64,000 nt of DNA from Trypanosoma brucei (lineage: Eukaryota): assembly GCA_000002445.1 (NCBI GenBank), contig CM000207.1, positions 2,080,001-2,144,000 of the forward strand, read 5' to 3'. This document shows, in pieces, positions 45,106 through 56,917 of this stretch; within the stretch, counting starts at the first letter, position 1, and each line of letters starts with the position of its first letter. Made by a program: the position numbers and the translations under genes. The notes beneath the pieces were generated by a model. That model worked only from the letters and a program-made list of their open reading frames with translations. It was not told where the DNA came from and searched no databases.

Positions 45106-45431
45106 GAGATATTACGTATTTAAGCCCGCTAGATACCTTCGTTACTACGTGCTTTTCTCTGTGCGTTCCCGCCCTTGCGCACCTCCCCACAGTAACCAGT
45201 GCCCTTAATCAGGAAACAATAAAAAGAATTTAGAAAAACAACTGAACGGAAGAGCCAACAGAGAAACGCCTCGCGACGCAAGACCTCATACTCTCTCATC
45301 ACGTACCTTCCAGAGAGTTCCATACAGTCGTGGGGGCCAGAGAAAAGGAGAATGGGAAACAACAAGTCACAAGCAAAAGAAATCGCTGGAGGTTAGAATA
45401 TGTGAATGTTTGGCCATTCCACTCACCACTC

Positions 45432-46313
45432 CTACGGATAAGGTGCCAGGAAGCGAACCTCAGGCACGGACTGTTGCGGTGATTTCTGCCAGCTGCTGTG
45501 GGCATGAAGCCCTTCATTCATATCGTTACGGCGAATAGTATCTCTCCATATTCCGATGCGGAAATATTTAGTATTCTGTGAGAAGCGCCAAGGAGTTCCG
45601 TTTCGTGGATTGTGACCGACAAATTCAGTCAGTTTGGGGCCGCGCTGCAGCTCATCGATAAACATATACCGCATTCGTGTCCAAGGACGCGGTACTAGTG
45701 GCGACTCGGCAAGATCACACTTCATGCCATAACGTCCGAGTGTCGCACGTAGAGACTCGTTGCGACGGACATTTGGATTTTCGGGCAACTTCCCGTAAAG
45801 CAAACCCCCCGGCCGCAGCTCACTGAACAGTGTGCATTGCTCGATTGCGTCCATGCCGAGCCGCAGATCCAACTCACCATCTCTTGTCCTCATGTCCCAA
45901 GTACCCTCCGGCACAAAATACGGGTTCAGCACAACAGGTACACTTTGACCGGTGATGTATAAAACGACGGGGCCAGCTATAATCGCATTTGCTTCATTCC
46001 GCCCAACAGATGGCGACCCTGATGCAAAGCCGCCCTTCTGAGGCCTCGCCTCCTTTTTACCTCCATTGGAGGTTGCGTTGGGTAAAGACACATGCACAGT
46101 CTCCTCCACAAAATAGCCTGTTGGTAGTCTAAGTGAGGGACTACGAAGTAATTCTAACCAACTAAGCGGCAAAACGGTCCGTTTGAATGTTGGATCCACA
46201 ATCGCGTCCTCAACACGAATCGACCGCCTATGGTCACGGGAAAGCACTTTATACTCCACAAACATATCCCCACCACTCATCCTGAATTGCCGTAAAAAGG
46301 TACGGCACAGCAT
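45432..46313 (-). CDS. Hypothetical protein (293 aa), possible mitochondrial targeting N-terminus
   Basis: Complete ORF colinear with the transcription unit. N-terminal MLCRTFLRQFR. No recognised domain. Confidence 0.5.
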   Translation of the reverse strand: MLCRTFLRQFRMSGGDMFVEYKVLSRDHRRSIRVEDAIVDPTFKRTVLPLSWLELLRSPSLRLPTGYFVEETVHVSLPNATSNGGKKEARPQKGGFASGSPSVGRNEANAIIAGPVVLYITGQSVPVVLNPYFVPEGTWDMRTRDGELDLRLGMDAIEQCTLFSELRPGGLLYGKLPENPNVRRNESLRATLGRYGMKCDLAESPLVPRPWTRMRYMFIDELQRGPKLTEFVGHNPRNGTPWRFSQNTKYFRIGIWRDTIRRNDMNEGLHAHSSWQKSPQQSVPEVRFLAPYP

Positions 46314-46832
46314 TCTCCCCGCTCCGCCAAAAAAAAAAAAACACTACCACAAGGGAATACACGCTATATGACCAAACACACACTAAGACGCAACGGCCGC
46401 AGAAAGTAGAAAAATCAAATCAGTAGTCCCCTTCAAAGTTTCCCTACACTTCGAGGTTACTACCGCTATTTACAGTGCAGAACCAGAGGAAAATACGATT
46501 ACAGAGAATGGAGGGAAAGGATAATCAAGTAAGATACATACGCGTCCAAAAAATATGCACAGATGAGTGTCAGCTTAACCACAATCATAAATTCCTTCAA
46601 GTAGGTGCTGAGTACAAGGAAAAATAGATTCTATTCATTTGCAGAGAGTTCAAACATATTCGTCCCTCCCACTACACAAAAAAAACATCCGTTGCTTGGG
46701 GTAGTAGTAAAGGAACTCAAAAAAGATCAAAAAAAATTATATTCAATAGAAATTCATCAAGACCTCAACGAAAAAAAAATATGTGACATCCTCACGGGGT
46801 TAGAAGTCTCCTTAAATACATATGTTCTATCA

Positions 46833-47111
46833 TCATTTTCCGGGGAACTGGGCATTCTTCTGCTGCTCGAGGAGTTCCGCAAACTTGGCCTTGAAGTGCT
46901 CTGAGTGCTCGCGCATCTTCTTGTTGAACTTGTCCGTGTGCTCCTGGATCATTTTTTCGAACTTTTCATAGTGCTCTTTCATCTCAGGGGACAGCGTAGC
47001 CTCATCAGGCTTGTCAGCGAAGAATCGCTTGTTCTGCTCCTCCATCTTCTTGGCGAATTCGGCATCGAGGCGGTCGAGCTTCGCAGCAAATTCTTCGTAT
47101 GTAGTGGCCAT
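46833..47111 (-). CDS. KMP11: Kinetoplastid membrane protein 11 (KMP-11), array copy 1
   Basis: 92-aa MATTYEEFAAKLDRLDAEFAKKMEEQNKRFFADKPDEATLSPEMKEHYEKFEKMIQEHTDKFNKKMREHSEHFKAKFAELLEQQKNAQFPGK, recognised as the KMP-11 family (characteristic length, MATTYEEF start, amphipathic helices). Confidence 0.9.
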   Translation of the reverse strand: MATTYEEFAAKLDRLDAEFAKKMEEQNKRFFADKPDEATLSPEMKEHYEKFEKMIQEHTDKFNKKMREHSEHFKAKFAELLEQQKNAQFPGK

Positions 47112-47425
47112 GTTTCTTGAAAAAGTATCTTAAAGTTTAGTTTACTCTTGAAAGCACAATCTAAACGAAATGAAAAGTAGCGAAACGGAAAGGAAAGAAA
47201 AGAAAAAACGATATAGGTCAAGCAAGTGGCAGTACAAGTGGTGGAAGAGGTAAGTAAAAACTGCGCCACGGCAACACATGATCCGGGACGTTATTTTAGA
47301 GATATCAATAGTTTGACAGAGGTAGCCCCCTTGCAAAGACACCAAAGAGGTGGAATTTAGTAACATAGTGCCCGGAAGGACCTCTAATAAGAGAGAAAAG
47401 AAACAAAAGGAGAGTGTTTTCGAAA

Positions 47426-47704
47426 TCACTTTCCGGGGAACTGGGCATTCTTCTGCTGCTCGAGGAGTTCCGCAAACTTGGCCTTGAAGTGCTCTGAGTG
47501 CTCGCGCATCTTCTTGTTGAACTTGTCCGTGTGCTCCTGGATCATTTTTTCGAACTTTTCATAGTGCTCTTTCATCTCAGGGGACAGCGTAGCCTCATCA
47601 GGCTTGTCAGCGAAGAATCGCTTGTTCTGCTCCTCCATCTTCTTGGCGAATTCGGCATCGAGGCGGTCGAGCTTCGCAGCAAATTCTTCGTATGTGGTGG
47701 CCAT
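47426..47704 (-). CDS. KMP11: KMP-11, array copy 2
   Basis: Protein identical to copy 1. Confidence 0.9.
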   Translation of the reverse strand: MATTYEEFAAKLDRLDAEFAKKMEEQNKRFFADKPDEATLSPEMKEHYEKFEKMIQEHTDKFNKKMREHSEHFKAKFAELLEQQKNAQFPGK

Positions 47705-47998
47705 GTTTCTTGAAAAAGTATCTTAAAGTTTAGTTTACTCTTGAAAGCACGATCTAAACGAAATGAAAAGTGGCGTAACGGAAAGGAAAAAGGAGGAGCA
47801 ACTTATTCAGGGATAAGGGATAGGGAGGCACACCGAAGTGAACGGGACAAGTAAGTTAACAGTGGCAACCAATATTAATTCATATACTCATGCATTGCGC
47901 TAGAAAAGTGGTATTTACATCTTTTAAAAGATTTTTATAGTATTATCCCTAGGGACTCTAACATAGGAAAGAAAATGAGAGGTGTAGTAAATTTGTAA

Positions 47999-48277
47999 TC
48001 ATTTTCCGGGGAACTGGGCATTCTTCTGCTGCTCGAGGAGTTCCGCAAACTTGGCCTTGAAGTGCTCTGAGTGCTCGCGCATCTTCTTGTTGAACTTGTC
48101 CGTGTGCTCCTGGATCATTTTTTCGAACTTTTCATAGTGCTCTTTCATCTCAGGGGACAGCGTAGCCTCATCAGGCTTGTCAGCGAAGAATCGCTTGTTC
48201 TGCTCCTCCATCTTCTTGGCGAATTCGGCATCGAGGCGGTCGAGCTTCGCAGCAAATTCTTCGTATGTGGTGGCCAT
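47999..48277 (-). CDS. KMP11: KMP-11, array copy 3
   Basis: Protein identical to copy 1. Confidence 0.9.
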   Translation of the reverse strand: MATTYEEFAAKLDRLDAEFAKKMEEQNKRFFADKPDEATLSPEMKEHYEKFEKMIQEHTDKFNKKMREHSEHFKAKFAELLEQQKNAQFPGK

Positions 48278-48537
48278 GTTTCTTGAAAAAGTATCTTAAA
48301 GTTTAGTTTACTCTTGAAAGCACGATCTAAACGAAATGAAAAGTGGCGTAATGGAAAGGAAAGAAAAGAAAAACGATAAAGGGGAAAAAGTGTTACAGGT
48401 AGAAGTTGGTTCTAGGATAAACAAATGACTGCACAAATGTAAGGGGGGGAATCAAATGAATTGGCACGTCGCTCCCGCACCAGTGGTGACATGGTGGAAG
48501 AAACCATCACTTAACCTTGTCGCGCTCCCCGTCCTGG

Positions 48538-49557
48538 TCATTGTCTAGGAATAAGGACATTACCAAACGGGTCGACGAATCCTGCCACTTTTGCGTTGGT
48601 GTGTTCCATCATGTTTGCCATGCTGCGCAATACCTCATGCTTCTTCACCAATTGTAGGTTCTCACCATCCACCATCACCTGCGCACGGGGTTTGTGCACG
48701 GATAAATAATAGCTAACGCACTGAGATTGTTCGGTAACCTTCCAACCGTTTTGTTCTTCTTCACCAACCGCGACAGTTACTTGAAGGCCGTGACCCTCTG
48801 AAGCTAGTTCAAGAAGCCGGATTCCAACTGCTCTGGGAACAGTAATGAGCGCTTCATCATCACATACACGACGCAATGACAACATTTCCCCCATCGTCAG
48901 ATGCCGAATCGCAAGAGCAACATCGAAGAAGAGGTCGGCAACCGACCGCAGCACCACCGCAGAGCCAAACCTTGCAACGGAGGGATCCGACCCACCCACC
49001 TCCTCCTCGCCCCTCGGTCCCTCCTTCCGCACAATTTCTCCAATGCCTCCAAGAAAGTTTCCATATAAATGTGTTGGTATGCCAACCAGTCGAACCTCCA
49101 TCTCATGGACGGCGGCTTCAACATTGGGAGGCGGTCGCTTTCGACCTCCTGCTGAGTCAAAGTTGTCATCACGTATGCCGCACCGCAGTTGTTCATACGC
49201 CTTGCGTCCCTCCTTCTCACACTCACGCTGTCCAGAAACGGCAACCGAGCCAACGACGTTGAGCATAACAACAGTGTCTCCCACTAAAAAGTCCACACGC
49301 CGAGCTGCATCAGCGGCGGCTTTTGTTTCGTAGTCAATTAGCGCTGCGCCTGAAGATACAAAGGGGTTTTCCGCAGCTCTTTTCCGCTTTGCTGGCCCCT
49401 TCCTAATACCAGGAGCCGCAGCCCCGTTGTCGCCAGGTCGCGTGATGAGCAACGCATTAACCACCGCGTCACCACTTGAATGGGCACGCACATAGTCGTA
49501 AAACTCCTCTGCAGTGATGTGCAGAGGAATATTGGTGGCGAGCAGGCGGCAGTGCAT
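48538..49557 (-). CDS. Hypothetical protein (339 aa)
   Basis: Complete ORF in the transcription-unit orientation, ordinary composition, no recognisable motif. Antisense ORFs 48845..49333 and 48876..49262 are shadows. Confidence 0.5.
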   Translation of the reverse strand: MHCRLLATNIPLHITAEEFYDYVRAHSSGDAVVNALLITRPGDNGAAAPGIRKGPAKRKRAAENPFVSSGAALIDYETKAAADAARRVDFLVGDTVVMLNVVGSVAVSGQRECEKEGRKAYEQLRCGIRDDNFDSAGGRKRPPPNVEAAVHEMEVRLVGIPTHLYGNFLGGIGEIVRKEGPRGEEEVGGSDPSVARFGSAVVLRSVADLFFDVALAIRHLTMGEMLSLRRVCDDEALITVPRAVGIRLLELASEGHGLQVTVAVGEEEQNGWKVTEQSQCVSYYLSVHKPRAQVMVDGENLQLVKKHEVLRSMANMMEHTNAKVAGFVDPFGNVLIPRQ

Positions 49558-51066
49558 ACTTTACTAAAGAACAGTAGGTTATCACAAACTGACTGCAATG
49601 GGTGATTTCTGAGGAGGGAGGAAAGGAAAAAAAAATGCTAAAAAATGATTCCTCAACGTAACATGAGAAGGTAGAGACAGTACCGCAGCGACAAAAGGAA
49701 CAAAAAAACAATAATGACAGCGATAACGACGATAATAACGATAATAACGATGCCAACGACTGGACCAGCAGACACCCGCGTTAGTAAAAGGAGAAACATA
49801 TCACATGTATCCCAGCCAATGCGATATCATAACACTCTTACAAACGAAAAGGAGTAGTACAGAAGAGATATACAAAAGACTTAAGGATGTAAAAACGGGG
49901 AGAGGGGCGGGTTCAGAACGACGCCACATTAAGTGGTACAAATGGCGAGTTCAAGTGCAATTTATGAGTGAAGAGAAGCACCCACGACCGCGGCAGTTGG
50001 CACAAAAGCAGCCGTTAGATACGGAGGAAAACCGCCACGGCGTCGGTCACCACCTGAATTCTCTCATGCCCTTTTCCTTCCTTGCGTCCCTCAAATCCTC
50101 CCTAAATCAACGCCTCTCGGAATCCTCGATGGTTCATGTGATGAATGCGGTTCAAGCGAGATAACTTACAACAGTGCTTATATCACTGACAATAATCCGA
50201 CTATCCCATAACACCTTTCACGCATAATGTCACACATGTCACTAGGTGGCACGCACTGAAAAGAGCCCGTCAAGAAAAGACGATCCCTAATCCCTCACGT
50301 AATTCCTTTTCGCCCAGTCCCTGAAAGAGAAGAGGCGGAGAAAAAAAAAAGAAAAAAGAAAATAAATGCGCCATAACACTAACTAACTTGCGAGTGAGTG
50401 AGTGAGTGGACAAGAAAGATACAACATAGCCATATCAATCACTTAACAATCCCAACAAAATTATAAACACACACACACACACACCTTCACGTGCACGTGG
50501 GCAAATGCATTACCACCTATCCTTTCCTTCCCATCATAACAGTCATCATCCCCCTCCACCATTCCGTCCACTTCTCAACGCCTTTTTCCCCTTTTTCCCC
50601 ATTTTATTCTTTTTTTTTTGCATTTTTCCTGCTTTTTTTTTTTTTGCGTTCTCGCACCAGTAGGTGAGCACCGACAAAGAGAAGAAAGAGAGTAATATAT
50701 GTATATATGTAATTTCCCGCACACAAAAAACAAAGAAGCAAAAAGAAAATGGATGCAAGACGTTAGAAATCCCTACACCACTAACTTGGATTTTTGCATC
50801 TTTTCCGTTGACTACTGACATTGTCTCCACTCAAAGAATAAGAGGGGTCACATCTCTATTCTCATCTCTCTTCTAAGTACACATCAAAAAAGGTACAAAA
50901 AGAAAAAGCAAAGACAAACACACACACACACACACACAAAGGAAAATAATTTAAAAAAAACAAAAATTAAAAAATCAAACGAAGCCGTAATCACCCTTCT
51001 TTTGATACAAACAATCAGGCGTCAAACAACATTTGTTTCTCTCTTCCCACACGAGCCAGATGTATA

Positions 51067-51090
51067 AATATATATATATATATATATATA
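51067..51090. repeat. (TA)12 microsatellite within the 4.5 kb ORF-free gap
   Basis: atatatatatatatatatatatat read directly. Nearby (GT)n at 51117-51129, (CA)n at 50468-50485 and 50921-50940, (TAG)5 at 51243-51258. Confidence 0.9.
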
Positions 51091-54076
51091 CATCTATACG
51101 TCCGTACGCGTATGTATGTGTGTGTGTGTTTGTGTGTTCGCATGCTTCACCTTCATCTCCCCCACAATTATGTACTTCGATCTCTCATTATAAACAAAAA
51201 AGACAAACAAAAACAAAATAGACCGAACGGACAGACAGACATGTAGTAGTAGTAGTAGGAAAAACGAAAAAAAAAACAAAAGGAAGAAAATAAGAAAAGG
51301 GCCAGACAGAGAGATAACAGCGGTGACAGCAAGACACCCACGAATAAAGCACGCACACATACACACACACACATATTTGATTATTTAAAGAAAAAAAAAC
51401 ATCAAGTGAGCCAATTTTTATTCCCCCTTCTGCTCTCCTCAGAAGCGCAGCACGAAAAAAAAAAAGGAATAAAAGTTGGCTACACATTCATCGGTACTTT
51501 TTTTTTCTTTTTCTCATTATCCCGCTTAGTTCAACTGTCAGGGCTCACGTCACCACTCACTCATATTGAAAGAAAGATAAGGGAAGGTTAGAGTATGAAA
51601 GCAAAAGGAGGAAAGGAAAGGAAAGGAAGGGAAAGAAAAGGAGGCGAGAGATCGAAAAATTAAAAAGAAAACGAAAGGAAAGGTAAAGTGAAGGTGAAGG
51701 TGAAAGGTAAAGAAGTAGTGACGAACAAAAAAAATTCAAAAATCAAGTGAGGGAGTCTATGCATGTGTACGACAAAAAGAAGTTGTGTTGACAAACTACA
51801 CACACAAATGCAGTCATTTACACAAGCATGTGTACGTGCACATTCACCTCTCGAAAGACCCTCCACGCGCCCAGACACCGAACAGCGTGTAACTTGTGAA
51901 TAAATATAGAAAGAAAAAAAGAACCAAAAAAAAAAAAGCTTGCATCTTGTGGAAGCTGACTACCATTTTGTTATAAGCGTTTGCATGGAGGGAGGAGGAA
52001 GGAAAAAGATTTGAGGCTAAGGATTAAATAACATCACACATGTCCAAATAGAAGTGGTGCCGTAACCTCTTTCCACTCAATTCCTTTGGTACGCGAACAC
52101 ATACGTATATATAATATATATATAATATATATAAATATATATATTGCCTTCGCCACCCTGAAACAACAACAAATGAATCACACCGCGCATAAAACCCACC
52201 TTATCCTCCTCCTTCCCTTCCCTTCCCTTCCCTCCCTCCGACTCCTCACCTATTTATTTCTTAATTATTATCATCTCTCCTTCTCCAATATTACACAAAC
52301 GCCGCAAAGTAAAGTAACGCATTTTGGGTCCCTTCATCCTCCTCCTCCTTCTCCTTCTTTTCCAACCTAAACTCATCCCTACCTCCCGTTAATCACTCTT
52401 CGCTTGTTTCCTTTCTTTTTTTTTAAAAAAAAAAAGAGAGAAAAGAAAACAAATGTGTTCGACTCTTTGATTACCTGGATTCTTTCTTCAGATTTTGGCT
52501 GAGGTTGGTGTCTTCATTTTTCCTTTTTCTTTTTTTCTTTTTTTTTTTCGTTGTAAAAAGTAACCTCCACACACGCAGACAACTTTCCCCTTTTCTCGCT
52601 CAACACTAAATGTAATAAATTTCATCCTCCCCCCCCCCTCTTCTTCTTCCATAAGTCGTTGCGTACAAACAAAACAAAACGGAAGGAGGAAAGGAGGGGA
52701 AAAAAAAACAAACAAATCGTGCAGCCCTCACCACCCTCGCAAACTTATTCAGACGAAACGACTACTTGTGGACAAAATTATGAAAAAAATCTCAACCTCA
52801 CAATAACAAAGAAACACACAAAAAAAAAATGTGAGAAAGGGAGAAGATAGAGAAAGGGAGAAAGAGAAGTGACTAAACACTTCAAAACATACGTACAAGC
52901 GCATAAGCATATACACATATCCTCCTCCTTCCTTTCAGCTTCCTTTTACCGCTCTCTCACTTACCTTTCTCCATCAACTCCCCTTTGAGCATTTCCAACG
53001 CGTCCCCTACAACTCAAATTTCAAGTATTGACCCCTCCCTCAAAGAACAGAAGAAAAAAAAAAAAGAAGAACAAAAAAAAAAAATGGAGTCACTCTATCT
53101 GCCTCGCCTCACAATAAATCGGTTCACACCAGACCTCACTTTCATCCCTTATCATTCACTATGCGATAAAGCTTTAAAGTCGCACCTAATACAGAACTGT
53201 CTCCTTTTGCTTCATTGTTGCTTTTCAATTCCCCATACCCGCTCTTTCCTACTCAACCTTCCTTCAACACCCCCATCTCCCCAGTCCGAACCGTCTACAT
53301 TTACCTATCGATTTATTTTTTAAGGGTCCCTCATTCTTTTTTTTTTCTTTCCTCCTCCTCCTCCTCCTCTCCCCTTCTCCATTCACCATTCCATCCCCAT
53401 CACATACACGCATACGCATACGCATACGTTTCTTTTTCTTTTTCCTTTTTGTTTCCCCCCCCCCCAACACACACACACACGCACCAACTTCCCATATTCA
53501 CGTATCCATCTCCTTTTCCTCTTCCTCGTGTGTAAAAGTTATATTTCCCCTCACGTTATGCAATGGTGCGTGTGAGAGGGAAAGCAAGGGGGAAAGGGAG
53601 AAAAAGAAAGAAAAAAAAAAAAGAAAACCACCGCAGAGAGTCACGTGCCGCTGCGCGCGGTTTGGTCCGGTGTGGTTGCCGGAAATTCCTCGCAACCTTC
53701 TGAACCCAGATTTGCTTTCGCCCCTCTTTTTTTTTCTTTTCTTTTATCTTATCTTATTTTTGCGCTGTGCTGTGCGTGCTTTGTTTTGTTTTGTTTTTTT
53801 TCCTTTTCCCCACTTCCACACCCTTCCCTTCACACCCCCCTCCCTTCTCTCTCTCTTTCTCACACACACACAAACACACGCGAACACACGCACACAAACA
53901 CGCGCAACCCCACGCATCATTTTAAGCTTCTGCGTCTTCATTTACTCCCCCCCCCCTAACATTAATTATATATCGCACCCTCACTTTTATACCCGCCCAC
54001 ATTCGCAAGTCACGTGTTCCCCCCCCCCTGATCTCAAGCACCCCCGTCGTCTTTTATCGTTCTTTTCTTCACGATT

Positions 54077-54994
54077 TCATGAAGTGGATTTATTGTCAAG
54101 ACGGACATTCATTGCCCTGTTCGCCATCTCAATTCCATCGAACTCCTCTATGGCAACACGGGTTTCCTCCTCTGTCTTCATTACAACAATACCCATACCA
54201 CGGCTCTTTCCATTACGTCCCATGATAATCTCAGCGCGTTCCACTTCGCCAACCTGCTGGAACGTTTCTCGCAGCGCTACACTGGTGCAGTCAAACGGAA
54301 GATTTGATACAAACAATTTGCGACCGACTTCGTTCATTTGTTTGCTGCGTGGCTTTGGCACTACCTCATTCACATCGTTGAAGACACCCGAATTCCCATC
54401 ATCGGGTAAGGCATATCCACCGCGATTCACGTAACCACCACCACGACCGAAGTTTCCCGCGCTATTATTGTATGATGTCATATTAGCGTTCGCATTCCCG
54501 AATCCCCGCATTCGCTGCTGATGCTGCTGCTGCTGCTGTTGTTGTTGCTGTTGTTGTTGTTGCTGATGTGGCGGATGATGTTGTTGTTGATGATGCTGCG
54601 GTTGTTGCAACTGCCCCTGCCGAACGTACGGAGGCATCATTTCCCGCTGCACCAACTGTGGCCGTGGCCCGTCATCAAAAAGACGGACGATAAGTCGTCT
54701 CCCTTCGAAGTCGGTTTCATCAAACATGCGAATGGCTTGCAGGGCGTCTTCCCTAGTGGCCATCGTCACCAACGCGGAGCCCTTCGGACGGCCCGTCTTG
54801 TCGGCGATAAGATCCGTGTAACGAACCTTTCCAGCACTTCTGAAGTGATCCTTCACATGCTGCCATGGGGTTTGAAAGGGGATGTTGCCCACAAAAAGAA
54901 TGTTGCCGTGGTTCTGGCGACGGTCACCATCTTCAGGATCACGCTGGGGACATGATGCAGATGAATGCTCGTCGAACATATTTCCTCCTTGCAT
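54077..54994 (-). CDS. Two-RRM RNA-binding protein with poly-Gln linker (DRBD-type; possibly the DRBD2/Gbp2-like protein of trypanosomes)
   Basis: RRM1 ILFVGNIPFQTPWQHVKDHFRSAGKVRYTDLIADKTGRPKGSALVTMATREDALQAIRMFDETDFEGRRLIVR. RRM2 KLFVSNLPFDCTSVALRETFQQVGEVERAEIIMGRNGKSRGMGIVVMKTEEETRVAIEEFDGIEMANRAMNVRL. Q-tract QQPQHHQQQHHPPHQQQQQQQQQQQQQQHQQ. Start placed at ATG 54994 (MQGGNMFDEHSS); ATG 54979 is an alternative. The ORF-track start 55081 adds a K-rich low-complexity extension. DRBD2 naming is from memory and unverified. Confidence 0.75.
   Translation of the reverse strand: MQGGNMFDEHSSASCPQRDPEDGDRRQNHGNILFVGNIPFQTPWQHVKDHFRSAGKVRYTDLIADKTGRPKGSALVTMATREDALQAIRMFDETDFEGRRLIVRLFDDGPRPQLVQREMMPPYVRQGQLQQPQHHQQQHHPPHQQQQQQQQQQQQQQHQQRMRGFGNANANMTSYNNSAGNFGRGGGYVNRGGYALPDDGNSGVFNDVNEVVPKPRSKQMNEVGRKLFVSNLPFDCTSVALRETFQQVGEVERAEIIMGRNGKSRGMGIVVMKTEEETRVAIEEFDGIEMANRAMNVRLDNKSTS
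54515..54610 (-). repeat. CAG/CAA (Gln-coding) trinucleotide repeat inside the RRM protein CDS
   Basis: Plus strand ctgctgatgctgctgctgctgctgttgttgttgctgttgttgttgttgctg... read directly. Confidence 0.85.
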
Positions 54995-56038
54995 CAGGTA
55001 CACCCTTTTTGCCTTGATAATTTTTTTTGGGGGGGTATTTGTTTTTATTTCTTCTTGACTTTTTTTTTTTATTATTCCCACTTTTACCTTCCCTTCCCCT
55101 TATTACTTATGTGTTTTACCCCCTTTTTTTTTTTTCGGCGCTCTTATTATTGTTAATACTCGCCTTTTTTTTGTTTTTTCCCCTTTATGGTCCTTTCCCT
55201 TCCCTGTAGATCCTTCTTTTTTTTTTTTCTTACGTTCTTTCCACTCTCCTTTAATCTGTTGTACTCCGCCCGTGTGTATGTGAAATGAATGAGATATTGT
55301 CGAAAACGCACACGTTGCAGCTCCTCCAGGAAATGGAGCGAAAAAGAAAGATATATATATATATATATATATGAGTTAACCTCGAAGGGTCTACACGCAG
55401 AGTGAACGAAAAGAAAATTATAATTCTATTAACAATAGCAACGGCGAGAACCGTTATTACTAACAAGTTCTACGTAGAAACAACGAGTCTTTTTTTAAAA
55501 AAAAAAACAGCCTGAAACATACAGAGTGACTGCGACCCCAAACGCTTCAAGTTATATGAAGTAATAAAGGAAATAAACAAGGGAGCATATTGTGAACCAA
55601 AATGGACGACTTATTCACGCATACAAATATATATTTATATATTTACGTACATTTGTATGAGACAACTTATTATGTTTGACAACCGAGTGTATGGGAAAGA
55701 TCACGCGATTTGTGGTTCCCGCCTGCAGAGCCTTGGAAGATAATAGTACCACGACAGTTTTTCATATTCCTCGTCAAGCGCGCTGAGCTATATAGATCTA
55801 GATATATATGAGTTGCACCCGAATTCAACTAACGGGACACATAAAAACAGCTAGAATCCAAAGGGGGAAAAAAAATTGAAAAAAATTGAAAAAAAAAGAG
55901 GTTTAGAGGAAAGCAAACAGAGACGTGAAGAAAGAAAATCAACTGGGCCATACTAAAGCGGTGAAACCCACGATCTCGAACAGAAAGATGGAAAACAAAG
56001 AGAAGAAACAAAACCCTCCACAGACTCGATGAGCGAAA

Positions 56039-56533
56039 CTAGTTTGGGACCTTTAGTTTACCTTCCTGAACCTTCTCCTGAATCGCTCGCGGGTGTTCGC
56101 CATCAATTGTGCAACCGATGGAAACGGCAGTGCCAAGTACCTCCATCACCACAGATTTCATGCTGGCACCCATAGAGTTCGGCGCCGACTCCTTCGCAAT
56201 CTTCAGAATCTCAGAGAAGGCGATGTTACCGTCATGCTTAATATTCTTCACCTTCTTGCGATCACGCGGTGGCTCCTTCAGCGCACGGATCAGCCTTGAG
56301 GCGACGGATGGCGTGACGATGACGGTAGCCACACGGTTCTTCACGCGCAGCTGACACGTAACCTTGAGACCCTTCCAGTCCTTCGTGGACTTGGCGATAT
56401 CCTCACCGATTTTTTTCGCATTCAGGCCGAGCGGACCGACTTTGGGGGCGAGTGACGCCGTTGCAGGCACTTCACCACCCACAGCACGGACGACGACTGT
56501 GATCTCCTGATTGGGGTCAAACTTGGGGGGCAT
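56039..56533 (-). CDS. RPL12: 60S ribosomal protein L12 (uL11)
   Basis: [115 protein letters not shown]... is near-colinear with human RPL12 ([37 protein letters not shown]...). ATG at 56533 verified (atg ccc ccc aag ttt). The ORF-track start 56698 adds 55 spurious residues. Confidence 0.85.
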   Translation of the reverse strand: [164 protein letters not shown]

Positions 56534-56917
56534 CTTCCAGGTTTTGTTTTCCCTTCCAGAAATAAAAGGATACGTTAAAAGAAGAAGAGAGGATCGAGGG
56601 GAGAGAGAAAGATGCAAATCACAGCGTGTCCTGCGCGAGAGAACAAGAGGGCATAAGTTCGAAGCAGTGAACCACAGCAAACAACGAAAAGTCAACATGC
56701 ATGTGTGAAAGTGTGGAATGAATACAAGAGTAAATCAATTTCCTCGGTGGGTGGTCGCTGCAAAACCTTCGCGCCCAGGTTAGTGACGCCCAAGAGCATT
56801 ATATCTGCGAGCTCGCGCCAAGAGGTGGAAAGGGAAAGCAAAACTTTACGAAGTATCCGCTACCACGTGCCGCCGACGGTACCAGACGCATACCCCATAT
56901 AATTCCCCCCTGTGCTG

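Larger units (their letters stand above)
46826..48380 (-). repeat. Tandem gene array x3 (KMP-11), unit 573-593 bp
   Basis: Three identical CDS. About 100 bp immediately 5' of each ATG is conserved (ccatgtttcttgaaaaagtatcttaaagtttagtttactcttgaaagcac[a/g]atctaaacgaaatgaaaagt). The 3' flanks differ between copies. Confidence 0.9.
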
